DNA from: Octopus bimaculoides | Taxonomy: Eukaryota | Length of the DNA stretch: 41,330 nucleotides | NCBI RefSeq assembly: GCF_001194135.2 | Contig: NC_068984.1 | Coordinates: 88,398,142-88,439,471 of the forward strand | Direction of reading: 5' to 3' | Shown: one piece after another, positions 24,721 through 35,548 of the stretch | How positions within the stretch are numbered: position 1 is the first letter of the stretch | Layout: every line of letters starts with the position of its first letter | Translations under genes and position numbers: made by a program | The notes under the pieces: generated by a model | Seen by the model: the letters and a program-made list of their open reading frames with translations, nothing else | Database searches by the model: none | What the model was told of the DNA's origin: nothing

Positions 24721-25289
24721 ATAAAGAATAAAAGCATCAGTCTTAAAGTGGCAAGCAAAAATACTTTAATCAGTCATGATTATTTCTGTATTAAGGCACA
24801 GTAAATGTAGCATTAGGAAGAGGAAGCATCTCCAAATATTCTCAAATGATGAAAATGGGTTAGACCAAATAAATAAATACTCTACATACAAACAACAGAG
24901 TTATCAGTGTTTACTGGTAAACTCGGAACGTTGCTAACTTTACAGAAGGTATATCCTCTCTCAGCAGGGTTGCAAGATTATGCTACTTTTCGCAACTGCA
25001 CGCTCTCTAATATTTCTTTTTTAATTTGAGTTACTTGAAACTTTAAAATTTAATCTTTAAAACGTAATAATTCTATGGAAAATCTTAACGAATTACCAAC
25101 TAAGTAAATTAGAACCAATTTACAGTTACAAGCTTATGTATGCATAATTTTTCTTTGAGTTTAATTTAAGTTCTTGTGGCCAGTCGCTAACAAAGCGGCA
25201 AGCCTTTTTGAATTAAGAGAATTCCCTGTGTTTGTAAATATTTAGTTGAGTTCGTGTGTTGGTTGAACTGTCAATGCAAGTGTATGCAT

Positions 25290-25740
25290 CTATTCATATA
25301 GGAATCTCAAACGGTGAATTTTTGGAATGTCTTGGAGAATCCGCGTCAGTTTCTTTTGTTATTTCTCCGTGAAACCAAGTATTTCTAGATTTTTGTGGAA
25401 ATTTGTTGGTACGTAACTTAATGCACCTATGATGATAGGTACAAATGAAAATGCATAGTCAGAGTACAAGGGCTGTAAGTTCCGCATTAATTCGCCACAA
25501 ATGTTCTCCTTTTCCTGAATTTTTGATTGTACATTCATATCTGCTGGGCAGCTGACCTATACAACAGTGTATGACTTTTGTTCCCTGTCCCACAGAACAA
25601 TATCTGGTCTGTTATGTTTGCATCGAATCGATGTTTTTATTGGGGTGTTCCATCAGTATTCCTTGTTTTTAAAGGTGTGAGTATCTGCTGGTTCTGAGAT
25701 GCCTTTGCAAACTTTTCTGCAGATAGCATTGTAAATAGTC
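25290..25740 (-). mobile_element. RLE-type non-LTR retrotransposon fragment (R4/NeSL-like endonuclease domain)
   Basis: Hand translation: EY*WNTPIKTSIRCKHNRPDIVLWDREQKSYTVV*VSCPADMNVQSKIQEKENICGELMRNLQ...FVPIIIGALSYVP. Contains the HNRPD...(E)VSCP restriction-like endonuclease motif. Confidence 0.85.
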
Positions 25741-25754
25741 TATGAATTTTCATT

Positions 25755-25813
25755 CAGGTGTATTAGTTTGACGCTCGGGAAGGTGAGAAAGTCTTTTACG
25801 TTTCGAGCCAACG
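25755..25813 (-). mobile_element. Inverted partial copy of the 24483-24541 Penelope-like terminus
   Basis: 55/59 identity to the reverse complement of 24483-24541. Confidence 0.8.
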
Positions 25814-25840
25814 AAAAATTATCTTGAATTTGTTTTAGTA

Positions 25841-25909
25841 GGGCAGCCTACCCTGATGATGAACCATGTTTCATGCGGCGCACTTCTTGCAAACGGTTGC
25901 CCATGTCTA
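25841..25909 (-). mobile_element. hAT terminal fragment (homologous to 36259-36317)
   Basis: Reverse complement AGACATGGGCAACCGTTTGCAAGAAGTGCGCCGCATGAAAC resembles Charlie-type ends; aligns with CAGGTATTGGGAAACGTTCTTCGAGAAGCGGGCTGCATGAAAC at 36259. Confidence 0.45.
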
Positions 25910-26830
25910 GTATAATCAAACTTTGCCTGACAGTTGCTTTAAATTCCTGTGATAGAGCTTTTGTTTCTAAGAAACTTTTACAAAAAGTGCTAAAAGAATT
26001 AACAAGACATACGCACACATTGAACTTTACAGAGAAATAAAGTTCGACACTTACATACGCGCGCGTGCGCACACACACACACACACAATTTTATAAATAC
26101 TTAGCTATGATTCTGCTGTCTGCTTCAGATATTTATAAATGGAAAGAGCATACGGAAGTAAACAGGATGCACTGCTATCATGAACTCGCCTTCTCCAGAA
26201 CAAAATGAAATTAGACACTGTGAAGTAAAATAGCAAGTTAATTCATCAACGACACCCTATAAAATATCTCATTCGGGAATAGATGATGAAAATCAAAAGA
26301 CTGTGATGGAAATGAAGAATGGCAACATTAGATTATTTTATCTATAACATGGGAAACAGAACACGAACGTAGAAATGTGAATCATATTTTGTCAAGAATC
26401 CATTGTAGTATAAGTATGGAAGACTTAAACCATACACCACAAAATATATCATTTTTAGGAGAATCTGGATGTGTTGTATGAATAATAGTGATGAGGAAAT
26501 AGAATAAACATCCACACAGCAAAAAAAAAAAAGAAAAAAAATTATATATAGGAAAACTGCATACACGTAAAAATGTGTAACTTTTTTGTATTGTCACCCG
26601 CATTAAGAACATTTCGAAAAATTAGATGAGAAAATTATCAGCTGCTTTTGATAGATACAGATACCCTTATCTTAAGGATAAAGACAAATAATGTAATATT
26701 AATATTAATTATTTACCAAGGCAATTAACAACTTAAATGACTTATGAGATTGGAAACATCGGGAGCTAAGGTTTTTACCAATGATGTTTGTGCCTAAATA
26801 TATATTCTTCTTTCAAGTTATCGTTTAAGC

Positions 26831-27172
26831 TAGTAGTTCTCAACCGGGATCCATATGGCCCCTGAGGATCCATATAAGATTTTGTGGGGTCCATGCAACA
26901 AAATAGTATATTGGGGATCCACAATAGCATTTTAAGGGTCCCTGAAAATATTTGCTTTAGATGTATGTATTAGTATGTATTGCAAGAAACAGCCAGGTTT
27001 CTTTCTCTAACATTTTACATAGCTCAACCTACACAAGCTAATGTGTGAAAAACAAGATAGAAAAGAAGTTTCCATAAAACTAGTTTTTAAACATCGAATG
27101 GCTATGGGGGTCCACCAGAATAGAATAGTAATCAAAGGGGTTTATATGTAAAAATTATGATTGAGAACCCAT
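26831..27172. mobile_element. hAT (Charlie/MER5-like) MITE with perfect 8-bp TSD
   Basis: Ends TAGTAGTTCTCAACC / ATTGAGAACCCAT; TSD GTTTAAGC at 26823-26830 and 27173-27180. Confidence 0.9.
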
Positions 27173-27577
27173 GTTTAAGCAGTTATTGTTCTAGTTTTGC
27201 TCCGTTTTAAGAAAGTATTGTCAACCAGAACTCAAAATAAAACTCTATCTGTTACAAGCTTAGGGTGCAAGGAATATCTCTATGACTCAAGTCTGTGATT
27301 TAGTTTCTTGTATTAGGACCACGTGAGGGCATAGTCTCCTAATATATGCTTCCCAAATCTCCCTGCTCCGCACAATCTTTTCTAAAGGTTTTGTAGGCTG
27401 AGTTACCTCCCCTGACGGCATCCTCGCATCAAACCATTTCCATTTATCATTCAGCTTATATATATATATATTAGAGGAAAACCAACTATTAACAAATTCA
27501 ACAATGATAAACAAATATACCAGAAAAACCCTATTCCCAAAATCAACAAATTACACAGTCAATAAATAACATTAAAA

Positions 27578-27649
27578 GACTACGCGCGTTTCGTGTCTAT
27601 ATTTTAAATAAATTCGATTCGATCTGAAAATATAGTCACTCGTCAGGTC
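27578..27649 (-). ncRNA. Type I hammerhead ribozyme, intact catalytic core
   Basis: Minus strand: GAC-CUGACGA-GUG.A.CUAUAUUUU(21 nt)AAAAUAUAG.A.CAC-GAAA-CGCGCG-UA|GUC. Helix I GAC/GUC, helix II 12 bp with one A.A mismatch, palindromic helix III ACGCGCGU, GUA cleavage triplet. Confidence 0.75.
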
Positions 27650-27739
27650 AAAATTAAATCATACGAATAATAAAAATAGTAATAAATCAATGTACGTATC
27701 TAATCTTATAATAAAATATCATACATACATACATACATA

Positions 27740-28940
27740 CAAAGGTGGGCACCATTAATCGAAAAGTTAACTTCGTTAACCGTTAACGTTAATTTTTATT
27801 ATAAACCGTTAACGTCAATTTTTATGATATATAAAAAACAAACAAACAGAAAATCAGTTTTTACTCTAAAACCACCTAAAAACACCTCTAAAAGTGGCAA
27901 ACTATAAAAATCAACACCATATGGATTTTTTAAGGGCTTCAGAACCCAAAAGTTAAAATTTTTTTTTTTTTTTTGCTTAAAAGTTTAAAAATGATGATTT
28001 TANNNNNNNNNNGGTTTTTAAAGGCTTTTAGAGCCAGAAAAGGGTAAAAAAATTCAAATAAAATACAATATTATAATTAAACTAAAAAAGTTTATTGATG
28101 AAGTGGCCGTAAAAAACATAATTTAATTTTTCCTCTTCTCCTCGTTCTCCATTTTGTTCATGAGATACATGTTGCTCTTCCTGAAAATTAGCATGTCAAA
28201 GTCATCATCAGCCAAGGATGATCTCTTGGCCCTCAAATTGTACTTGCCCATAGAGAACAAACGCTCCACTGCAGCACTGGAGGGATGGCTGTGTTGAACT
28301 TGATGAACAAGTCCGCCAGCATTTGTTCACCCAAGAAGGCAGCATCAGTCGGCAAGTCCTTGGAACTAGTCTCCAACCAGGTCTTGACCAAATTCTGGGC
28401 CTTGTCCTTGAGTGGCCTGTGGCTCCTGCTGCTCTCTTTTGGCTGGGTGACATCACCGAAGAAATCATCCTCTTCCTTTTCGTTGTTGCTGCCTTCACTG
28501 TTGCAGTTCATTTCGTCGGATTGCTGCCTCATGGCCTCCTCGACCTTGCCCTCCATGCTTTTCCTCACCTTGGCGACATTAGTGTTGTCATACTTATCCA
28601 ACCAGATGAGGGCGAAACCTTGGATGGAAGGCAGCAACCAGCTGGCATTCTTCATCCTCCAGGTGGGTCCTAAACCTTTTATCGATATCTGCCAAAAGTG
28701 CGTCGACCAAGAGGCTGTAGTAGACGAGGCCCTTGGACTTCAAGTCCTTGAGCCTAAAGATCGTCGTAGCAACTTGAGTTAACTCAAGCGAACTTGAGTT
28801 AACGAAAGTTAAATGTAACGGAAGTTAAATGTAACGGAAGTTAATTAGTTCGATAATAATTTCCATAGTTAACTTAAGTTAAATCGTTAACGAAAATGTT
28901 AACTTTGTTAATTAACAATTAACGGTTTGGTGCCCAGGTT

Positions 28941-28942
<2 letters not shown>
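27740..28942 (-). mobile_element. Non-autonomous hAT deletion derivative retaining the transposase C-terminus
   Basis: TIRs CAAAGGTGGGCACCA / TGGTGCCCAGGTTTG; subterminal GTTAAC arrays at both ends. LFIKFNTAIP then, after a frameshift, SAAVERLFSMGKYNLRAKRSSLADDDF, which is the hAT dimerisation domain (PxSSAxVERxFS). Flanks CATACATA/TATATATA. Confidence 0.9.
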
Positions 28943-28971
<29 letters not shown>

Positions 28972-29357
28972 NNNNNNNNNNNNNNNNNNNNNNNNNNNNN
29001 NNNNNNNNNNNNNNNNNNNNNNNNNNNNNNNNNNNNNNNNNNNNNNNNNNNNNNNNNNNNNNNNNNNNNNNNNNNNNNNNNNNNNNNNNNNNNNNNNNNN
29101 NNNNNNNNNNNNNNNNNNNNNNNNNNNNNNNNNNNNNNNNNNNNNNNNNNNNNNNNNNNNNNNNNNNNNNNNNNNNNNNNNNNNNNNNNNNNNNNNNNNN
29201 NNNNNNNNNNNNNNNNNNNNNNNNNNNNNNNNNNNNNNNNNNNNNNNNNNNNNNNNNNNNNNNNNNNNNGGAAACAACCCCAAAAAACCAAAAATAACAA
29301 ACTCGATATTTATTTTTTTTTTTTAAAGAAAAGGAAAGGGAAAAGCTCCCATTAGAA

Positions 29358-29623
29358 CAGTGGTTCTCAACCACTTTTTGCATACAGGCAACTTTCGATT
29401 CCTATTTTACTCTGATGTATTTCCATAGCCAGTCACTGTATTAAAAACAAAATCTTCATGTATTTTTATAATTAAATATTATTAGGAATTGTAACCAAAA
29501 AAAAAAAAAAGAGGAAATATTTGTATATTGCAGTATTATAACCAATTTATTGCACATAAATTTTCATAATAAAATATTTTATGGACCCCCAAGGGCCATA
29601 TAGAGGCTAGTTGGAAACCAATG
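29358..29623. mobile_element. hAT (Charlie-like) MITE, older
   Basis: CAGTGGTTCTCAACC left end, degenerate AGTTGGAAACCAATG right end; TSD poorly preserved. Confidence 0.65.
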
Positions 29624-30093
29624 CACGAAAGAACACTATTGATTTGAAAATAAAAAAGTGTTTAAATGTGAATAGACAAAAACTTTGTATCTGGATAGAA
29701 TCAAGTTTTAAAATGAGAATATAACAAACCTTAAAATAATTTAGTAATTTCTTTCTTTAGGTCACGTTAACATCTCACTCGGAAAAGAATATACAATTTT
29801 GAAGGAGAAAAAATATATTTAGAGCAGAAAGAACTTATAACATAAAATGTATATTGGTTGATTGACCCAATTTTAGTGGGACATGAAGTTGAAATAAATA
29901 CCGACATATTCAACGTCCCTAGATTAAAGATACGTAGCAATAAATCGTAAAGTTTATGCTCGTAGGTAATCGAGTTTCTTTAATTGTAATTTATTTACGC
30001 TCATATGAGAAAACGTAACCCCCTGATACTATCAATCTCTTAACCACACGTCATTTTATTGCTTGTTTAGCGCGCTGTGAATGAGTCATTTAC

Positions 30094-30175
30094 CTTCTTT
30101 TCCAACCTGCTATGTTCAAAAGTAATGAACAGCATAGTTGCCAGATTGGTTATATATTTTAACATTCCAATTCCC
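30094..30175 (-). CDS. Candidate exon (GIGMLKYITNLATMLFITFEHSRLEKK)
   Basis: TATATTTCCAG| acceptor, AAG|GTAAAT donor, 82 nt open in one frame only. No homology recognised. Confidence 0.25.
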
Positions 30176-30436
30176 CTGGAAATATATTAAACTATGTGAA
30201 ATTGTTTAATAACTCTCTCATTTCCTCTAACTTCAAGTCTGGCGTCTTTATCCTTCTAACATGTATTACTCTAGGGTACGAGAGTTATTAACTGAAAATA
30301 TTTAGACTAGGGGATCAGGCTTTGGCAATTAGTAAAATAAACAAAAAAAAAAGTAACATTTAAAAAGCTAGGACAATTGTCAATCTTAAAATATTACAAT
30401 ACATCTTTATATTTTTATTATTGTTTAACTTAAGCC

Positions 30437-30600
30437 AACAACTTGTGGGGAGGGACAAGTGGATTGAAGCTGTCCAGTACATTACTGGTGCTTTATTTTA
30501 TCGACCCCGTAGGAATGAAAGTTAAAGCTAACCTCAGCGGGATTGAACTCAGAACGTAACGGGCCACAACTCTATGCTGCAAGGTACGTTGCCCGATGCT
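30437..30600 (-). mobile_element. Nin/Deu-like SINE, diverged
   Basis: GGGGAGGG...ACTGGTGC...ATCGACCCCGTAGGAATGAAAG...TTGAACTCAGAACGT. Confidence 0.7.
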
Positions 30601-30847
30601 TAGGTACATGGTCAGCAATTAAAATAACGCGTGAGTTTACTGCTACTCTACACTGTAGTCAACAAACTTTCGTTTTCAATTTCCCCACGATTTCTCTCCC
30701 AATAACCAACACAAATTCCACGCAAACTAAGAACTTCAATGACGAACTGTTTATCTTTACAAGATAAGCTTTTTTACGGAATAAGGATTTAATAACATCG
30801 ACAAGACTCAAGTAATTTCTCTTTGAACTTTTTTTTTTCATAACATC

Positions 30848-31800
30848 ATGGCAGAGAAAAGAATATTTCGTGGTTTGACATATGGAAATTATTCTATAGA
30901 AGACAAGTAAGCACTTGCTGTCGTGGTGAACAAATGCGAAGAGGAGTATGATTCTGAATTAGAGCGAATGAAAGGGAAAACTTATTGCGATGCTAAAAGG
31001 AAACTCCATGTCCCAGACAACCCGAAACAGGGATATTTCGCCTAGGCAGTTCGTTTGTTTTACTCGAATTTGGCCGGTGTCAAAAACTTTGATNNNNNNN
31101 NNNNNNNNNNNNNNNNNNNNNNNNNNNNNNNNNNNNNNNNNNNNNNNNNNNNNNNGTTAAAGTAGCCAAACGCTGCTATGAAAAATATCCGAAAGGCGAA
31201 CTTGACAATGCTGAAAAAAAATCCAGAGATGTTTCAGAGTCGCTGGAGGAGGTCGTAAAACAAAAGCACCAGGCGTGAGAGACGCCTTGTTTGAATGGTT
31301 TGTGAATGTTAGAACATCGCTGCATGCGAGATTATCACAAGCTCTTTTCCTATTATATGCTGAGAAATTTTATGAGGAGCGGATTTTCCAACAGCCAGAC
31401 ACAACAATTGAGGAAAAAAGCTTTGTTTTTCAAAAAGCTGGATGAAAGGTTGGCAAAAAGAGTATGGGGTATCACTGAAATTTCCAAACAAATGCATTTC
31501 AATCTCCAAAGAGCAATGTGTTGAGCGCATTCAAGATTATTTGGAGTGTGCGTCGTTATTTCTTTCATAAATTTGGCGTAGACCCTCCTAATTATCAATG
31601 GAAATCAAATACCCTTGCAACGGAATGAAAGTAGCAGACAAGCAACTTTATCATTCAGAAATCAAGATACGTTCGACAAAGAAAACCACCAATTGACTAG
31701 GGAACGTATCACATGGTCCATCCAGCAATGATACCAAAATCAATCTTATCCCAGAGTTAGTATTTAAATGAAGTGGGAAAAGAGCACCACTACTGAATGC
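30848..31800 (+). pseudogene. pogo/Tigger-like transposase relic (CENP-B-type HTH plus start of DDE_1)
   Basis: Hand translation with frameshifts: MAEKRIFRG...; VAGGGRKTKAPGVRDALFEWFVNVRTSLHARL; WMKGWQKEYGVSLKFPNK; IINGNQIPLQRNESS...KENHQLTRERIT; PELVFK*SGKR. Confidence 0.75.
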
Positions 31801-32555
31801 CCTGTGTGGAATGGCTTGTATTTCAGGTGTTAGGGGTGGTGGTGTCGATGCAGTGTTTGTTTTGGGTGTGTTTGTTTTTGTTGTTTTGGTTCTTTTTCTT
31901 TCTGCTTCTTATGTGGATGAAGATTGTTGTTGTTTGTCCATATGTTTGTTGTTCTTTCTATCTCTTTTCCTTTTTTTAGTTTTCAACTTCCGCTCCTGAT
32001 CGCGGTCCGACTCTCCACCTGTGATGTTCACCCGCTCCGCATCGGGAAGTGGAGTATCTTCGGGCGTTGTGTTTGGGGAAACTCGGTGTTGGTGGTGTCG
32101 TGGCTGAAACTGCTGATGGTGATGGTGCTGCTGCTGTTGTCGCTGGAGTTCTAGTGGCCATTGTAGGGTACGGAAGAGAGGTGTCGGTCTCTCTTTTTCC
32201 TTTAGTCTAGGGCAAAAGGCTTTTAAATGATTAGTTGAAAAGCAAATGCGACACTTTGCTTTCCTTCCATCTACCCTGATTGGAATTATGCTGCCTTCAG
32301 GAAGAAGGATCTGATCCGGGATGAGATCCATGTTCTTTTGTGTCGTTTGTGTGAGGAGTTCCGTGGTCATCCCGGACTTTTTGGTCTGATAGGTTTCGAG
32401 GATTTAGTTTTACAGCTGTTCCGTCTCTCTCGACTATATGTCTGGCATCTTTAAGTTCCTCTTCAGAGAATTGTATTCTCCGAAGAGATGACTTGGCTAC
32501 TCCAGCGAAAGAAAGTTTAGAGCCTTTCCAAGCCGTTGCACCGGTTTGTTTCTCG
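31801..32555 (-). mobile_element. Tx1-like LINE ORF1 fragment with CCHC zinc knuckle
   Basis: ORF 31909-32370 contains CRICFSTNHLKAFC (CX2CX4HX4C), related to NTNNLKAFCP in the 18530-22505 element. An upstream frame gives KLSFAGVAKSSLRRIQFSEEELK. Confidence 0.8.
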
Positions 32556-32558
32556 GTT

Positions 32559-32589
<31 letters not shown>

Positions 32590-32612
32590 AATAATGATAA
32601 TAATAATAATGA

Positions 32613-32826
32613 TCCTTTCTACTATAGGCACAAGACCAGAAAATTTGTGGGGAGGGGACTAGTCGATTTCATCGACTCCAGTATTCGACTGGTACTTAAT
32701 TTATCGACCCCGAAAGGATGAAAGATAAAGTCAACCTCGGCGGAATTTGAACTCAGAACATGAAGACGGACGAAACACCGCTAAGCATTTCGCCAGGCGT
32801 GCTAACGGTTCTGCCTGCTCACCGCC
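32613..32826 (-). mobile_element. Nin/Deu-like tRNA SINE, well preserved
   Basis: Minus strand GGCGGTGAGCAGGCAGAACCGTTAGC...GAGTTCAAATTCCGCCGAGGTTGACTTTATCTTTCATCCTTTCGGGGTCGATAAATTAAGTACCAG. Confidence 0.9.
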
Positions 32827-32861
32827 TTAATATTGATAATAAAATAATAATGATAATCGCT

Positions 32862-33252
32862 AAAACAAAAAATGCTTTCTAATCGATGTCTCAATACCAA
32901 CAGATGACAAAGTTCATCTAAAAGAAAGGGAGAAACTTTCAAAATACAAAGATCTGGAAATAGAGGTAACTCGAATGTGGAGCCTAAAGACAGAAACAAT
33001 TCCTATTATAGTAGGCACATTAGGTATGATACATAAATACATAACAAAACAACGGGACTTACAAGTATCTATAACACACAGAAAATAGCACTACTAGGTA
33101 CTTAACACATCCTACGTAAAACACTTTCAATACAGTGAAAATAAGAGCACCACCACAAACCACAGCACATACCCAAGGCACACAGAGCTGCGCTCGGTAG
33201 TGCAGTGAAAGCACGTGGGCAAATAAGAGTACTGAATAATAATAATAATAAT
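32862..33252 (+). mobile_element. R4/Dong-clade LINE, 5'-truncated 3' end inside an (AAT)n tract
   Basis: KKCFLIDVSIPTDDKVHLKEREKLSKYKDLEIEVTRMWSLKTETIPIIVGTLG then (frameshift) SIYNTQKIALLGT*HILRKTLSIQ*, the RLE C-terminal motif; short 3' UTR then (AAT)n. Confidence 0.85.
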
Positions 33253-33702
33253 CTCTTTTACCATGGGTACAAGACTTGGAATTTGTGGAGAAGGGTAAAT
33301 AGATCACATCGACCCAGTACTTGACTGGTACTTAATTTATCGAGCCCGAAAGGATGAATGGCAAAGTTGACCTCGGCGGAATTTGAACTCAGAACGTAGC
33401 GACGGGTGAAATACCGCTAACCATTTTGCCCGACATATTAACGATTACGCCAGCCTGCCGCCTTTTCAAGAATAATAATAATGGTTTCAAATTTTACCAC
33501 AAGGGTAACAATTTTGGGAGAGGGGATGAATCAATTACATCGACCCAGTGTTCAACTGGTACTTAATTTATTGACCCCAAAACGATGAAAGGCAAAGTCA
33601 ACCTCAGCGGAATTTGAACTCAGAACGGATGAAACACTGCTAAGCATTTCACCCGGCGTGCTAACGATTTTGCCTGCTAGCCGCCCTAATATTGATAATA
33701 AA

Positions 33703-33742
<40 letters not shown>

Positions 33743-33946
33743 TAATAATCCCTTCTACTACAGGCACAAGGCCTGAAATTTGTGGGGAGGGGTAAGTCGA
33801 TCACATCGACTCCAGTACTTGACTGGTACTTAATCTATTGACCCCGAAACGATGAAAGGCAGAATTTGAACTCAGACCGTAACGACAGACGAAATTACCG
33901 CTAAGCATCTTTCCCGGCGTGCTGACGATTCTGCCAGCTGGCCGTC
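33253..33946 (-). mobile_element. Three tandem Nin/Deu-like SINEs (33253-33462, 33482-33686, 33750-33946)
   Basis: Each has GAATTTGAACTCAGA, GACCCAGT...ACTGGTACTTAAT and a GCC-type head on the minus strand, separated by (AAT)n. Confidence 0.9.
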
Positions 33947-34086
33947 TTTTCAATAACAATAATAATGATAAATCANNNNNNNNNNNNNNNNNNNNNNNNN
34001 NNNNNNNNNNNNNNNNNNNNNNNNNNNNNNNNNNNNNNNNNNNNNNNNNNNNNNNNNNNNNNNNNNNNNNNACACTGACATACACA

Positions 34087-35319
34087 CACGGGATGTTCGA
34101 AAATTATCTGAACAATTTCATCTAGTATAATTCATATCTTTCGTAGAATTACTAAACAAGGTTCTTTGGAACCTGTATTTTTAAAGTTTCTTTTATTAAA
34201 GCAACTAAAATCAAACATTCAACATGTGCTCCATTAGGGATTCGTAAAGCATCCAATCGATATTCCAAATGCTGTCAAACATTGCAGCATATCTACATTT
34301 AGTTGTTTTAATAGTAACTATGATTCTTGCTTTCAAATTATCAATGACTTTCTCCGGCGAATTAAACGCAATAACTTTGACAAAGATAAGATGATGTGTG
34401 ACATCGGGAGATCTAGTGAGGCAATGTATTGCACCCTCCTGATCAATCTGCCTGCTTGAAAATGTCTCATTCAAGAACTCACGAACGACCAAAATCCAAT
34501 GTAGCAGTACACCACTTTACTGAAAAGTGATGCATGTTCGCAATTCACCTGGTTGCGGATACACAAAGTTTTCCAATACGTTTAAAGTATACATATTTGA
34601 AGTTACAGTTGATTGATTCAAGAATAGTCTAAACACGGAATCATATGACAGACCGCATCACACATTCACTTCAAGATTGTATCTATAGGGCTCTCCTAAG
34701 CAATGTGGTTTTTGTGCCATATTTCATTGTTTTATCTTGTCTGAAACAAGAAAAGATTATCGCATCCGAAAACAATTTTTGGCCGGAAAGTATTACCCTT
34801 GTCGAGTCTGTCAAGCGTAAATCATTGCAAATTTCTTACGAGCGACCTTACCTTTTTCCGTAACCTGTTGCAAGATTTGCAATTTTGTAAGGATGCTTCT
34901 TCAAACGTTTACACAAGACACCACGCACTGTCAAACAAATCACTTATCGACTAGACATTTTACTCAGCCGTTCCAAGATACACTGCTTCTTATGATCTAG
35001 ACTTCTAGTTTCCTTAAGTTTCTTTCATCTTTCTCCGATGATTGTGTTTGATGGAGGAGATATGTTGTAATTAGTTGGATTTGTGTATCTACTTTGGTTT
35101 TGATAAACCTTTCAATTCACTGTATTTTCTCCTGTGTATTCATTTGATTTGGGTGAATGTTAATATCAAAGTTTTTAAAGTGTCAGAAATTGGCGCAGGC
35201 AAAAGAAAAAAAAATGGTAGTTTCTCTGAAAACTGGGACAGCATAAAACTTTTTACAATTCGTGATTGACTTTTAATAACAGACAGAAGTCGTACAGATA
35301 ATTTTTCGGACATCCTGTA
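34087..35319 (-). mobile_element. Tc1/mariner-superfamily transposon (WPPRSPDL-type, maT/DD37D-like), full length, dead
   Basis: TIRs CACGGGATGTTCGAAAATTATCTGAACAATTTC (34087) and GAAGTCGTACAGATAATTTTTCGGACATCCTG+TA (35286-35319). Translation VNV*CGLSYD...LENFVYPQ...FQ*SGVLLHW...VREFLNETF...TRSPDVT. Confidence 0.85.
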
Positions 35320-35506
35320 TATACGTAATTTTAACTGACTTTTTATAGGCTGCTTTCGGTTTTATACAAAGCTGAGTTATGAAATGACAAGCTTTGTAAA
35401 TTACTATTTTGTACTCATTGTAAATTGCAGAAAATTTGCCGAGTGTTTTGCGTAACCACTTTCTCTTAATTTTACATTGAATGAATATTAGAAAGAATAT
35501 GTTGCC

Positions 35507-35548
<42 letters not shown>

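Noticed and set aside
25851-25902. CTGATGA motif suggesting a hammerhead (also at 36309, minus strand)
   Set aside because: No GAAA or helix III in register; the segment is better explained as a hAT terminal fragment.
27287-27514. ORF with EIWEAYIRRLCP resembling a GIY-YIG C-terminus
   Set aside because: No GIY/YIG motifs, and the ORF runs through (TA)n; the similarity is too short to support a call.
28908-29383. ORFs of 120-154 aa
   Set aside because: Almost entirely N gap plus (TA)n.
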